DNA of 64,000 nucleotides, taken from the NCBI GenBank assembly GCA_963663225.1, contig OY760142.1, forward strand, positions 2,048,001 through 2,112,000, given 5' to 3'. Both the position numbers and the translations under genes were made by a program. Position 1 is the stretch's first letter, and each line of letters begins with the position of its first letter. This stretch comes from Nitrospirota bacterium. Its GTDB lineage: Bacteria > Nitrospirota > UBA9217. The notes beneath the pieces were generated by a model that did not search any database, had not been told where the DNA came from, and saw nothing but the letters and a program-made list of their open reading frames with translations. This document shows positions 54,234 through 64,000 of this stretch, one piece after another.

Positions 54234-54261
54234 AATCGTGACAGTACATAAAGGGATTTTT

Positions 54262-55428
54262 TTGAAACGGGACGTTATTATTATCGGAGCCGGAGCGTCT
54301 GGCCTTTTATGCGCCGTTGAATGCGGAAAACGCGGCCGCTCGGTGCTTGTGTTGGACCATGCGGAAACCACCGGATCCAAAATCCGCATCTCCGGCGGGG
54401 GGCGCTGCAACTTTACCAATACCGATGTCTCGTCTGATCATTATTTTTCCCACAATCCGCATTTTTGCAAGTCGGCCCTCGCACAATTCACTCCGCGAGA
54501 TTTTCTCTCCCGGGTGGAGAAATACCGCATTCCCTACTGCGCAAAAGAAAAAAACCAGATATTCTGCGTTAAAAGTTCACGGGACATCATCGCCATGCTG
54601 GAAAAAGAATGCGAAAAAGTCCACGCGGAGCTTCGTCTCGGGTGCAGAGTTCTGGACATTGTAAAGCAGACAAACTTTGTCATTACAACAACGCAGGGCG
54701 CATTTTCCTCTGATTCGCTCGTGATCGCAACGGGAGGACTATCGTATTCGCATCTGGGGGCAACCGGCTTTGGCTATGATGTCGCCCGGCAATTCGGTCT
54801 GAGGATCGTGCCCCAGAGACCCGCGCTGGTTCCATTCGTGTTTGCGGAACGGGAACGAAAAGAGTTCCGGAAATTGGCAGGAATCTCTCTAAACGCAAAC
54901 GTATCCTGTGGTTCCCGGCAGTTGCGTGGTAATATCCTCTTTACTCATCGGGGATTGTCGGGACCGGCCGCGCTCCAAGCTTCGCTTTTCTGGACGACCG
55001 GCGATTCGATAACGATTGACCTGCTGCCTGAGACGGATATTCTGAATGTTTTTTCCGGTCAACGGGGCAGCAAGATGCAAATACACAACCTGCTTGCAGC
55101 ATATTTCCCCAAACGGTTTGCGCAGGCCTGGTGCGATATCAGGAGAATCGACAAGCCTCTCAATCAAACATCGGATAAGGAATTAAAGGCCATTGCGACG
55201 GAGCTTCACGCATGGCGGGTTCTCCCCAAGGGGACCGAAGGCTATGAAACTGCCGAGGTGACTGCCGGCGGGGTGGACACGGACGCTCTTTCTTCAAAAA
55301 CCATGGAGGCAAAGAGCGTATCCGGACTTTTCTTTGTGGGGGAAGTTGTAGATGTAACCGGCCTGCTTGGAGGGTACAATCTGCACTGGGCATGGGCTTC
55401 CGGATATGTTGCAGGACAGTATGCTTGA
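54262..55428 (+). CDS. HI0933/YhiN family flavoprotein
   Basis: IIGAGASG, KIRISGGGRCNFTN, ATGGLS, LFTHRGLSGP, GGYN; start approximate. Confidence 0.93.
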   Translation: MKRDVIIIGAGASGLLCAVECGKRGRSVLVLDHAETTGSKIRISGGGRCNFTNTDVSSDHYFSHNPHFCKSALAQFTPRDFLSRVEKYRIPYCAKEKNQIFCVKSSRDIIAMLEKECEKVHAELRLGCRVLDIVKQTNFVITTTQGAFSSDSLVIATGGLSYSHLGATGFGYDVARQFGLRIVPQRPALVPFVFAERERKEFRKLAGISLNANVSCGSRQLRGNILFTHRGLSGPAALQASLFWTTGDSITIDLLPETDILNVFSGQRGSKMQIHNLLAAYFPKRFAQAWCDIRRIDKPLNQTSDKELKAIATELHAWRVLPKGTEGYETAEVTAGGVDTDALSSKTMEAKSVSGLFFVGEVVDVTGLLGGYNLHWAWASGYVAGQYA

Positions 55429-55462
55429 ATGATGCGCCGCCGTACTTTTCAGCAGGCTTTTT

Positions 55463-56113
55463 CTAGGGGTTCATCAGGAACCTGTCAGGTGAAGTCGCGC
55501 TGCCGGTGACAACCACACGTCTTCCCTTAACCATCAATCGTCCTTCTGCAAAAAGCTGGATGGCCCGGGAGTATATTGTATGCTCCTGCTTGAGGATGCG
55601 CTCGGCAAGGGTGTCTTCCGTATCATCATCCAGAATCGGCACCACAGCCTGGATAATAACAGGGCCTGTGTCCATGCCTTCATCCACAAAATGCACGGTA
55701 CAGCCGGAAAATTTCACGCCGTGCTCCAGGGCTTTTTTCTGCACGTGCAGTCCCGGAAAGGCCGGAAGAAGTGAAGGGTGGATGTTCAGAATGCGGTTCG
55801 GGTATGCTTTGATCAGCACCGGGGTGATAATGCGCATGAATCCTGCGAGGCACACCAGATCAACGTTGTATTGCTGCAAGTGCGACACCAGCAATGCGTC
55901 ATAAGCTTCCCGTTTGTCCTTATATCCGCTTGGACTGACATGGACTGCCGGAATATCGGCGTTCCGCGCTCGTTCCAGCGCGAAAGCATCTTTCTGGTCG
56001 CTGATGACAACCGCAAGTTCAACGGAAAGCTTTCCTTGCCGGATATTGTCAAGAATGGCTTGTAGATTCGAGCCACGGCCTGAGACGAGGACGCCGATCC
56101 TTGTTTTTTTCAT
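55463..56113 (-). CDS. purN: Phosphoribosylglycinamide formyltransferase
   Basis: SGRGSNLQA, LAGFMR, NIHPSLLP. Confidence 0.97.
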   Translation of the reverse strand: MKKTRIGVLVSGRGSNLQAILDNIRQGKLSVELAVVISDQKDAFALERARNADIPAVHVSPSGYKDKREAYDALLVSHLQQYNVDLVCLAGFMRIITPVLIKAYPNRILNIHPSLLPAFPGLHVQKKALEHGVKFSGCTVHFVDEGMDTGPVIIQAVVPILDDDTEDTLAERILKQEHTIYSRAIQLFAEGRLMVKGRRVVVTGSATSPDRFLMNP

Positions 56114-56172
56114 GATGCATACCTCATGCAGGAATAATCCGGTTGAAGCGGAAGCGGAAACCGGGGATGCAG

Positions 56173-57204
56173 CTACTTCTCATATCGATATTGTACGGTC
56201 TGCTTGCCTTTTATAACCTCGCCGATCAGAAACGCCTTTTCGCGAAGTTGTCTCGCTCTTTTGATAACGGCCGCTGCCTGTTTCTGCGGCACGGCAAGTA
56301 CCATTCCGATGCCCATATTGAAATCGCGGTACATTTCTTCGTCATCGACACCGGCGCTTCGCTGAATGAGGGAGAAAACAGCGGGTATCGTCCATGTCCC
56401 TTTGCGGATAAGGGCGGCAGTGCCCTTGGGAAGCATGCGCGGGGTGTTTTCCGTGATGCCGCCGCCGGTGATGTGCGCCATGCCGTATATATCGAATTCT
56501 TTTAGAAGCGTCAGGATCGTTTTCGCATAGATTCTGGTCGGGGTAAGAAGCACTTCTCCCAGGGGCGCCCCTAATTCAGGCAGGACGTCGGTCACCGCAT
56601 GCTTCGAAGCTTCCAGCAGGACTTTGCGCACGAGCGAGTAGCCGTTGCTGTGAAGCCCTGAAGAGGCGAGCCCGATCAGAGCCATGCCCGGCTTGATCCT
56701 TGAACCGTCGATAATATTTTTTTTCTCCACCACTCCGACGGCAAATCCCGCCAGATCGTATTCGTTCTCTGCATAAAAAGCCGGCATTTCCGCAGTTTCT
56801 CCGCCGATGAGCGCGCATCCCGCCTGCTTGCATCCGGCCGCAATGCCCTTGACAATATCCGCGTGTTCCAGCGGTTTGAGCTTCCCGGTGGCGAAATAGT
56901 CAAGGAAAAAAAGCGGTTCCGCGCCCTGCACGATGATATCATTCACACACATTGCCACGAGATCGATGCCTATGGTGTCATGTTTGTTCATCAGAAAGGC
57001 GATTTTCAGCTTGGTGCCGACGCCGTCTGTCCCGGACACCAGGACCGGATTTTTGTACTTTTTGAGAGCAAAGAGCCCTCCGAATCCGCCGATGTGCGTC
57101 AGGACTTCCGGTCTGAACGTGGATTTGACGTATGGTTTTATCTTCTGAACGAAGAGGTCACCGGCATCGATATCGACGCCGGCGTCTTTATAGGTGATGG
57201 CCAT
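56173..57204 (-). CDS. purM: Phosphoribosylformylglycinamidine cyclo-ligase
   Basis: [34 protein letters not shown]. Confidence 0.98.
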   Translation of the reverse strand: MAITYKDAGVDIDAGDLFVQKIKPYVKSTFRPEVLTHIGGFGGLFALKKYKNPVLVSGTDGVGTKLKIAFLMNKHDTIGIDLVAMCVNDIIVQGAEPLFFLDYFATGKLKPLEHADIVKGIAAGCKQAGCALIGGETAEMPAFYAENEYDLAGFAVGVVEKKNIIDGSRIKPGMALIGLASSGLHSNGYSLVRKVLLEASKHAVTDVLPELGAPLGEVLLTPTRIYAKTILTLLKEFDIYGMAHITGGGITENTPRMLPKGTAALIRKGTWTIPAVFSLIQRSAGVDDEEMYRDFNMGIGMVLAVPQKQAAAVIKRARQLREKAFLIGEVIKGKQTVQYRYEK

Positions 57205-57317
57205 GGGGTATCCTTCAGATTTTTTGATGATACTACCTGTAATGCGGAATACTGTCAAGAGGTCCTGGCATGGACGCCCCGCAATCGGCGGAGCATTCTG
57301 ATTGTATGCCCGGGGCG

Positions 57318-57797
57318 CTACTTGGCCTTTTTCTGGATCTCCTGCACAGTGGGATTGCTCAGCAGTTTCATGAATTGCGGATTTGCCGTAAGTGCGGCAA
57401 CATCACCGGACTGCACTGCCTTCATGGTGGCCGGATCTTCCAAAAGTTTTTTGAACTCCGGATCGTTCTGCAGCGACTGGATCAAATTCATAATTTCTTT
57501 ATCATTCATCATTTTTGTCTGGAACGATTGAATCTCCCCGGTCGTGCTGTTGTTCTTCGACAACGAGAGATTTCCCTCCGGCGAGGTCTTGTTTTGAATA
57601 GCTTGTATTCTCGATTCTTCAATGGTAATGGTGCCGAGAATGTCGGATTTGATCGTGTAAATGCCCTTGTTTAAAGAAATGACTTCTCCGGAGATGACGC
57701 TGCCATCCCGCAGCACGATGTCCTTTATTTCACCCGCAAACGCGGGTCCGCATACCAAAGTCAGCATTAATCCCAAACAAACCAGACATTGTCTCAT
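57318..57797 (-). CDS. Secreted hypothetical protein with STI1-like DP helical tail
   Basis: Signal peptide AFA|G; [11 protein letters not shown]; [12 protein letters not shown]...[11 protein letters not shown]. Confidence 0.7.
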   Translation of the reverse strand: MRQCLVCLGLMLTLVCGPAFAGEIKDIVLRDGSVISGEVISLNKGIYTIKSDILGTITIEESRIQAIQNKTSPEGNLSLSKNNSTTGEIQSFQTKMMNDKEIMNLIQSLQNDPEFKKLLEDPATMKAVQSGDVAALTANPQFMKLLSNPTVQEIQKKAK

Positions 57798-58080
57798 AAA
57801 CGGGTTTCCTCTCTTCTGATTAAGATGGAGCGCGGCTCCGTAGAAGATATGATAATTTGGCCGTTCTGTCAAGGAACCTTTCTTGTATGTGTTGCCTCGT
57901 TCTGCATCTGGTTTGAAATCAAGCATAAATAATGTTCCGCGCAAAATGTTTGCTAATATCATGGCGCATATGATATATTCCTATATGAAATAATTTTCCC
58001 TGTTCGTCGCACTTGTTGGCACGAAAAAGAATGCGCAGTTTCATACTGAGTACATTACTCTTTAAAACGAGTGCCCATTT

Positions 58081-58712
58081 ATGAAAAACAAAGCATCATC
58101 GAGTTTCCTGAAATATATAATACCGCAATACGATGAAATCGCACTTTTTGCCATGAGTTTAACTTTTGCACTTCTTCTGCTGGCTGGCGTTCTATTAGGC
58201 AATAAAGACTTACAATTTGAATATATATCTCCAAGAGACTTTGACCCTAGAATAATTCTAGCTATTTTGGTTTTCTTTGCCGGGTTTGTCTTATCTATTT
58301 ATCATGCTTTTGTTAATCGCCCTAAAACATCTTTTGAAAAGTCCTGCATGCTTTTTTTGCTGTGCTATTAAATGCATTTAGCGGTGTAATGGCGGGCGCG
58401 TATGCTCTTATTACATCGAATGGATTGTTAATCATATTTCCAATTTTAAATATTCTTAACGGTATCGCTTTAGTATTTATGTTCAGAATGGGATGTCTTA
58501 ATGAATCAAACATTAGTGATCAACATATGTCTTTAAGAGAACTCATCCTTACAGCAACTATAGTAATCATCTTATTCTTTATCTGTAATTCTCTATTCAA
58601 ATTGATGTGGCTCGAAACTCTGTCGATCAGTCTCATATATGCTACAAATCTGATCCGTCTGGTCCAATCATTAATTATGCCAATGCTGATATCAAAAAAT
58701 CGACCATTATAA
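58081..58712 (+). pseudogene. Membrane protein split by a frameshift in a T7 run (58352-58358)
   Basis: Adding one T joins ORFs 58081-58371 and 58362-58712 into a single hydrophobic ORF (...CMLFFAVLLNAFSG...). Confidence 0.7.
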
Positions 58713-58733
58713 GTTCTAACAATTTCCAGTAGA

Positions 58734-58767
58734 TAGGTTGGGCTTCACAATATTCAGCCCAACCTAC
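58734..58767. repeat. GTAG-type REP palindrome
   Basis: TAGGTTGGGCT...AGCCCAACCTAC. Confidence 0.85.
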
Positions 58768-58855
58768 ACTACTTTCAACCAGTATTGATGAGGTTTAGAC
58801 ATTCTGACCGAGATTCTAAATTTATTTGTCAGCTGCATTATAAAAGGGTGCTCTA

Positions 58856-59446
58856 GTGATTTACAAAATGGTATTTAAAAGGATATCGATAGTTTTAATA
58901 ATAATTTTTATTGCCTATTATATTGTTTTATCTTTTTTAGCTCACACTTTAATTGGGCCTTTTGTTTTCATTGATGTGCATAAAACATTTTATAAAGTTG
59001 CACTGTATAAAAATAATAAATTGAGCTTTAAACAGGAATTTCTAAATACGGATGGAACACATAAGTTCGTATGGGTTGATACGCACATGAAAAAGCAATG
59101 TGCAGAGATAGTGCCATATTTCTGGAAATGCCTTTTCCATCCAATGGACAATGATTCCCATACACTTGATGATGGGGAAAAATACAATTATCACTTGCCA
59201 CCATTTACTTATAGAATGTCGAGTTCAAAACATTCTAAAAAGTATGCGACGTTAAGCCGTAGTATTATAAGCTCTAGTGACATAAAGTCCTTGCAAAGGG
59301 CTGGCTGGAAGTACGACGAAGCTGATCAAATGTCTGCAGGTGCGACATTAGAAAAAAATGGAATTTATCTATCATTTGGTTCAAGTCTAGAGTTCGATGA
59401 TGAAGGCTGTATAAGTGATATTTACGTGAACATTAACAAGCCTTGA
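58856..59446 (+). CDS. AT-rich hypothetical protein with N-terminal TM
   Basis: 196-aa ORF with hydrophobic N-terminus; no family recognised. Confidence 0.6.
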   Translation: MIYKMVFKRISIVLIIIFIAYYIVLSFLAHTLIGPFVFIDVHKTFYKVALYKNNKLSFKQEFLNTDGTHKFVWVDTHMKKQCAEIVPYFWKCLFHPMDNDSHTLDDGEKYNYHLPPFTYRMSSSKHSKKYATLSRSIISSSDIKSLQRAGWKYDEADQMSAGATLEKNGIYLSFGSSLEFDDEGCISDIYVNINKP

Positions 59447-59578
59447 TTTATACCCCAGATAGGTTGTTTTAATGAATATCTAATTAATACTCGCGTGACA
59501 TAAAGAATGAATACTTCATGAATATCATATGCTTTTAATGCGGTGGCCGGATTATATTAATAACCATTTGCAAAGTAG

Positions 59579-59613
59579 GTAGGTTGGGCTGAACGTTCTT
59601 TGTGAAGCCCAAC
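59579..59613. repeat. GTAG-type REP
   Basis: GTAGGTTGGGCT...AAGCCCAAC. Confidence 0.82.
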
Positions 59614-59925
59614 GAATACATGATGCTGTGAACTCTTATACATAACCATGCGCTATCGAAGGGCAAATACACCCGAAGCAACATACTTTTAACAATGGTA
59701 TCGGAAGCGAATAAAAACTCATTTTCTTAGTGCCTAATACATGGCTGCAGCCTATTTACTCCCGTTCTCTTGACACGCGCCATCTTCCTGAGAATATGCA
59801 ATATGCGTCCGGGTTTTTTGCTGATCAAAATCTCTCTTAAATTGTGCTTCGTTTCCTGTGAGTTCTTTGGTATAATAGCACCGCTTTTATCAGAAAGGTT
59901 CATAATTTGACGAGGAGGGGAAGGC

Positions 59926-60240
59926 ATGAGAACACTGCTGGGACTTGGATTGATTATTGCGCTGTCTATGCCGTCGCTTGCATGGTGTAAAGTCGGGGGA
60001 GATGATGTCACGTATCGCCCGCCGGGATCAGACACGGTTGTATTCAGTCATGACTTTCACACAAGAAAAGGCATGAAGTGCAGTGACTGCCACTACAAAT
60101 TATTTTCAATCACGGGTGGACGAGCGAAGAAAGCAACGATGCAGGAAATGGAAAAAGGGCAATCCTGCGGAGCATGCCATTCCGGCCAGAAAGCATTTAG
60201 CGTAAAAGACAAGGTGAACTGTAAAAAATGTCACAAGTAA
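59926..60240 (+). CDS. Triheme c7-type periplasmic cytochrome c
   Basis: Signal peptide; FSHDFH; CSDCH, CGACH, CKKCH. Confidence 0.92.
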   Translation: MRTLLGLGLIIALSMPSLAWCKVGGDDVTYRPPGSDTVVFSHDFHTRKGMKCSDCHYKLFSITGGRAKKATMQEMEKGQSCGACHSGQKAFSVKDKVNCKKCHK

Positions 60241-60374
60241 AATAACTGCTACCCGGGCGGGGGAGTTCCCTGCCCGGAGTATTTCCTGAACTCCTGCCTT
60301 TTTCTCCATCGATCATAATTGCAAAATAAGAAGCTTGGTTTCTGCATCATGTATGAAGGGTGCAGGCCGGCTTG

Positions 60375-61625
60375 TCAACGAGCAGTTTTCTTGGTATGAA
60401 AACGACCTCGTTTTGGAGCGGACCGGGAAGGATGTTGCCGTGCTTCCGGGCGATGCTTTTCTTCAGGTGAACGTCTGATTTCCTGCGCATACATGGTTTC
60501 ATCAGCCCATTCTACCGGAATTTTCTGCCCGATATATTTTTCGATTTCTTCAAGTGAGTAGACATACTCTTCATCCGCCAGACTCACCGCCTTGCCGCTT
60601 GCGCCGGCTCGTCCGGTCCGGCCGATCCGGTGCACGTAATCCTCGGCGTCCTGCGGAAGATCATAATTGATTACATGCGTCACCCCCTCCACATGGATGC
60701 CGCGGCTTGCAACATCCGTTGCAACGAGGATGGGGAGTTTTCCTTCCTTAAAGTCGGCGAGTATGCGCAGCCGCTTCTTTTGTTCTATGGTGCCGGTAAT
60801 GGCTTGCGCTTTCCAGGAATTGCGGTTCAGGCGTTCCACGACCATATCGGCTGCGCGGCGGGTATTCACGAAAATCAGAGTGCGTGACGGGTTCTCCTTC
60901 CGGAGGATCCCGAGCAGCAGGGAGAGTTTTTCATGTTTGCCGACGTGGTACAGGACCTGGACTACTTGTTCAACGGTGACTTTTTCCGGTGTGATTGATA
61001 TTTTTTCCGGAAGATTCATATGCTCGTACGCAAGCTCCATGACACGATAGGAGAGGGTGGCGGAGAAAAGCATGGACTGGCGTTTCGTGTAGGGCGGAAG
61101 CTTTTTGATCAAATACCGCAAATCATCGATGAATCCCATGTCGAACATGCGGTCCGCTTCGTCGATGATGAGATACCGGGTTTTTTTCAAACTGTATATG
61201 CGCTGTTTATAGTAATCGATGAGCCGGCCCGGAGTGCCGATGAGGATATCTATTCCTTTTTGAAGGGCGTCCATTTGCTTCCGGTAATCGATTCCTCCAT
61301 AGACCGCAAGACAGCGGAAGCCGGTAAATTTCCCTAATCGCTCTGCTTCGTGATATATCTGGTCGGCGAGTTCCCGTGTCGGAGCAATAATGAGTGCCTG
61401 AGGAGAGGATGAAGAGTCGATAGCCGGATTCTTTACCATGCGGGTAAACAGTGAGATGAGAAAAGCGGCGGTTTTTCCTGTTCCCGTTTGAGCCTGCGCG
61501 GCAACATCTTCCCCCCGTATGGCTCTCGGGATCACTGCTTCCTGCACAGGAGTACATACCGTGAAGCCCGCGTGTTCAATGCCTTGTTTCACAGCATAAG
61601 GCACATCAAGTTCTGCAAAATTCAT
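60375..61625 (-). CDS. rhlB: DEAD-box RNA helicase (RhlB-like)
   Basis: AQTGTGKT, DEADRMFDMGF, SATLSYRVMELAYEHMN typical of RhlB. Confidence 0.88.
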   Translation of the reverse strand: MNFAELDVPYAVKQGIEHAGFTVCTPVQEAVIPRAIRGEDVAAQAQTGTGKTAAFLISLFTRMVKNPAIDSSSSPQALIIAPTRELADQIYHEAERLGKFTGFRCLAVYGGIDYRKQMDALQKGIDILIGTPGRLIDYYKQRIYSLKKTRYLIIDEADRMFDMGFIDDLRYLIKKLPPYTKRQSMLFSATLSYRVMELAYEHMNLPEKISITPEKVTVEQVVQVLYHVGKHEKLSLLLGILRKENPSRTLIFVNTRRAADMVVERLNRNSWKAQAITGTIEQKKRLRILADFKEGKLPILVATDVASRGIHVEGVTHVINYDLPQDAEDYVHRIGRTGRAGASGKAVSLADEEYVYSLEEIEKYIGQKIPVEWADETMYAQEIRRSPEEKHRPEARQHPSRSAPKRGRFHTKKTAR

Positions 61626-62103
61626 ACTGCTCCGATTACCGCTGAAGACAATTTGTCAACAAAATATTTTCAGCAGTATACCATAGCTCACGAGGAGAGC
61701 AAAACAAAAATTACGCAGGTTCTTCTCATATGTTTTCGTGAATACGGGGCGGATTGACTTATCGGCATCAGCGTCTGTGTCGTGACACCACGAAATAACG
61801 CTGAAGAGTCGTTCCCGATTTTATTTTTCCTGCAGAATGCAGCTATATTCGTAAATAAATTATTCAAGAAAGTGTCGTTTTTGGCGAGTTTTTTTGCATT
61901 TTCCCCGGCAAAGGAAGCATTTCCCCTTCCAACGCACGGCCGTGCTTGCTGGTTTTTTGGCGGAGCATTAGCAGGCGACATAAACAAAAAAATACTTATA
62001 ACCAGAAAAAACTTTATTTTGCTTGGCTTTTTTTTGCTGTATGTTGATTATTTTGTTGATAAATTGTCTAACATGCTGAAATATAATTTTTTAATTTTTC
62101 TTG

Positions 62104-62137
62104 TTGACAAAATATACACTTTTGTTGTATATTTGTC
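62104..62137 (+). promoter_or_regulatory. Promoter with overlapping inverted repeat (candidate autoregulatory operator)
   Basis: TTGACA, 18 nt, TATATT; GACAAAATATACA...TGTATATTTGTC dyad. Confidence 0.7.
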
Positions 62138-62154
62138 CACGAGGTGAACGTAAC

Positions 62155-62721
62155 GTGCTGACAAAACTCTTCTCTTCGACTAGAGCGGAGCTTTTAGGCC
62201 TGTTCTTTAACAATCCGGATGATCGCTTCTACCTGCGGGAAATAGCCCGCCATATCGGCAAAGATGCGGCAGGGATCAAGAGGGAGCTGGACAATCTGGT
62301 CAAGCTGGGACTTCTTGCGCGGGAGAAGCGGGGTGTTCAAAAATACTACTTCGCGAATAAGAGCTCTCCTGTTTTTTCCGAAATGAAGGGGTTGGTTTTT
62401 AAAACAACGGGAGTGCAGGGGGCCATGAAGGCGTCGCTTTCCCGGCTGAAAGGCGTCAAGGCCGCATTTATTTACGGGTCCTACGCCAAGGGAGCAGAAA
62501 AGGAAGACAGCAATATAAACCTTATGGTTGTCGGCCAAGCGAACATCACGGAATTGAACGACATGGTTATGGGCCTGGAAGAGAAGCTGAAGCGGGATAT
62601 CGATTATCTTGTTTTTGATGAGCAGGAATATCGAAAACGCAAAGAGACAAAGGATCCGTTCGTCAGGGAAATCCTGAAAGGGAAGAAAATATTCCTGGTG
62701 GGCAAAGAAGATGAATTATAG
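62155..62721 (+). CDS. wHTH-minimal nucleotidyltransferase (MNT) protein, catalytic DxD replaced by NxN
   Basis: YLREIAR...RELDNL HTH; YGSYAKG...SNINL; GTG start after GAGGTG. Confidence 0.85.
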   Translation: MLTKLFSSTRAELLGLFFNNPDDRFYLREIARHIGKDAAGIKRELDNLVKLGLLAREKRGVQKYYFANKSSPVFSEMKGLVFKTTGVQGAMKASLSRLKGVKAAFIYGSYAKGAEKEDSNINLMVVGQANITELNDMVMGLEEKLKRDIDYLVFDEQEYRKRKETKDPFVREILKGKKIFLVGKEDEL

Positions 62722-63196
62722 CCAGCTGAAGGAAACGGGAATCGTTGAAGAACGGGCTGCCGAGGTTTCGGAGATTATTGCGCTGGTAACGAGAGTGGAC
62801 CGTGATCTCGAAACAAGCAGATTGCTGTACGGGAAAGATGAAGAATGGGCCTTTGTAGCCGCGTATCAGGCTATGGCTCGTTCAGCGCGAGCGCTGATCC
62901 TGTCCGAAGGATACAGGCCAAAGGTTGTTCGGGGAAGGGACGCTCAGAAGACCGTGGTGACGGCGGCAGGCGTTATTCTTGGTGAACAGTTCAAGAGCCT
63001 CACGAACAAATTTGACCGGATGCGCAGAAAATACCAAAGCTTTATTGAAGATGCGGGCAGGATTATCTCCCGGTATGAGGCGGGGCAGGCCATTAAAGAT
63101 GCGGAGGAATTCACCGCGCTGGTCAATGCAAGAATCCGCGAGAAATATTCTCAGTTATCACTGCTGAATGATGTTCCTCAGCTTGTTTCAAGATAA
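62711..63196 (+). CDS. HEPN-domain protein with degenerate RNase motif
   Basis: WAFVAAYQAMARSARALI...GYRP; FDRMRRKYQSFIE lacks R-x4-6-H; overlaps the MNT gene. Confidence 0.8.
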   Translation: MNYSQLKETGIVEERAAEVSEIIALVTRVDRDLETSRLLYGKDEEWAFVAAYQAMARSARALILSEGYRPKVVRGRDAQKTVVTAAGVILGEQFKSLTNKFDRMRRKYQSFIEDAGRIISRYEAGQAIKDAEEFTALVNARIREKYSQLSLLNDVPQLVSR

Positions 63197-63243
63197 GGCC
63201 GCTTAGTTCACGAACGCGGTATGCCGAAAGGGGGTGGACAACA

Positions 63244-63300
63244 ATGGCAGCCAAGAAGAAAGCCAAGAAGAAGGCCAAGAAGAAAGCTAAGAAAAAGTAG
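63244..63300 (+). CDS. 18-aa Lys-rich micropeptide MAAKKKAKKKAKKKAKKK
   Basis: GAAAGGGGGTG RBS, ATG...TAG, synonymous variation among Lys and Ala codons. Confidence 0.7.
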   Translation: MAAKKKAKKKAKKKAKKK

Positions 63301-63329
63301 TTTTCATAATGTAGTCCCCGATGAGGGAC

Positions 63330-63359
63330 CGCCGGAGGCACTGAGACATGCCTCCGGCG
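63330..63359. other. 11-bp GC-rich hairpin between the micropeptide genes
   Basis: CGCCGGAGGCA-8 nt-TGCCTCCGGCG; no U tract. Confidence 0.75.
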
Positions 63360-63481
63360 CATTTACCGGAAACACTATCAACGAAATAAGAGTGCACTAT
63401 AAAAGAGTCCTTTTTTCGGACTGACTGGTCATAATTCCATCTTTCAACTATTCTCAGGATGAAAGGGGGTGATTTCATACC

Positions 63482-63538
63482 ATGGCGGCTAAAAAAAAGG
63501 CTCCGGCAAAAAAGGCAAAGAAGACCACAAAAAAATAA
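63482..63538 (+). CDS. 18-aa Lys-rich micropeptide MAAKKKAPAKKAKKTTKK
   Basis: Same GAAAGGGGGTG RBS, ATG...TAA, paralogous to 63244-63300. Confidence 0.7.
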   Translation: MAAKKKAPAKKAKKTTKK

Positions 63539-63590
63539 TAACCGAGACGGGGCAATGGTACAAAGGCCATGTCCTCAGTATTGAGTCTTT

Positions 63591-63624
63591 ACCACGAAGC
63601 TGGTCTTCGTGGTTTTGTTTTTTT
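63591..63624 (+). terminator. Rho-independent terminator
   Basis: ACCACGAAG-CTGGT-CTTCGTGGT followed by a T-rich tail. Confidence 0.8.
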
Positions 63625-63766
63625 ACCATATGCAAACGCGAAGTTTTCTGCTGTAGTTTTGCATAAATTCCGGTATTATTACTGCAAGCTTTCCCCGTAC
63701 GGGCAGATATATGACCAGTCTCTGCTTTTCCCGCGACCGGAAGGCAGCCGAAGAACGTCGATTCCT

Positions 63767-64000
63767 ATGCGTAAGCGGAATTATATAAAAATTGATCGAG
63801 GTTCCCGGACCGACGGACGGAAGAAATTGCTTATTGCGCTCGGCATTCTTCTTACTGCTTACCTCATATCGTCGTGCATTTTCGGGGAGATGGGGCTTAT
63901 AAAATACTACCGTATGAAAATGCAGTGCAATGCCTTGACAGACGAAATTGCGCTCCTGAAGCGAGACAATGCAAAACTCAGAAAACATGTCTATTCCCTG
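63767..64000 (+). CDS. ftsB: Septum formation initiator (FtsB/DivIC family), truncated by window edge
   Basis: Manual translation MRKRNY...LLIALGILLTAYLISSCIFGEMGLIKYY...LKRDNAKLRK: TM, FG.xG motif, coiled coil. Confidence 0.8.
   Translation, partial: MRKRNYIKIDRGSRTDGRKKLLIALGILLTAYLISSCIFGEMGLIKYYRMKMQCNALTDEIALLKRDNAKLRKHVYSL

Noticed and set aside
58713-58800. Possible integron attC site (TCTAAC...GTTTAGA) after an AT-rich ORF
   Set aside because: R boxes deviate from consensus, no L-box pairing is seen, no integrase is present, and the palindrome is better explained as a REP
63221-63478. ORF-track ORFs 63221-63424 (+), 63123-63362 (-) and 63287-63478 (-)
   Set aside because: Alternative frames over the RBS-supported Lys-rich micropeptide and hairpin; no RBS of their own was seen

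Overview
64-kb bacterial chromosomal window. Gene content suggests an anaerobic Nitrospirota/Desulfobacterota-like diderm, but this is inference only. Most of it is housekeeping: tsaD, aroG-type DAHP synthase, glgC, pilMNOPQ, der, leuS-lptE-holA, rpsT, murJ, guaB, purMN, two DEAD-box helicases and a partial ftsB. The standout accessory locus (about 8.5-16.2 kb) is a candidate new RiPP-like system. It starts with a 125-aa precursor that has a twin-arginine (Tat)-like leader and a core of 16 Y-x-(N/D/A) triplets in two blocks. Tightly following are a radical SAM/SPASM enzyme, a Cys-tailed protein lacking the radical SAM motif, and a second anSME/cyclophane-synthase-like radical SAM/SPASM enzyme. 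A secreted TPR-CHAT protease and a DUF4384-like protein lie further downstream. Other notable items: an MNT-HEPN pair with degenerate catalytic motifs followed by two unannotated 18-aa Lys-rich peptides; GTAG-type REP palindromes beside AT-rich orphan genes, one sandwiched in a 69-bp duplication of a gene leader; an adenylate cyclase-PilZ fusion; a shared AraC-type operator; and a homopolymer frameshift. No rRNA, tRNA, CRISPR array or transposase was recognised. All product calls come from motif recognition, not database searches.
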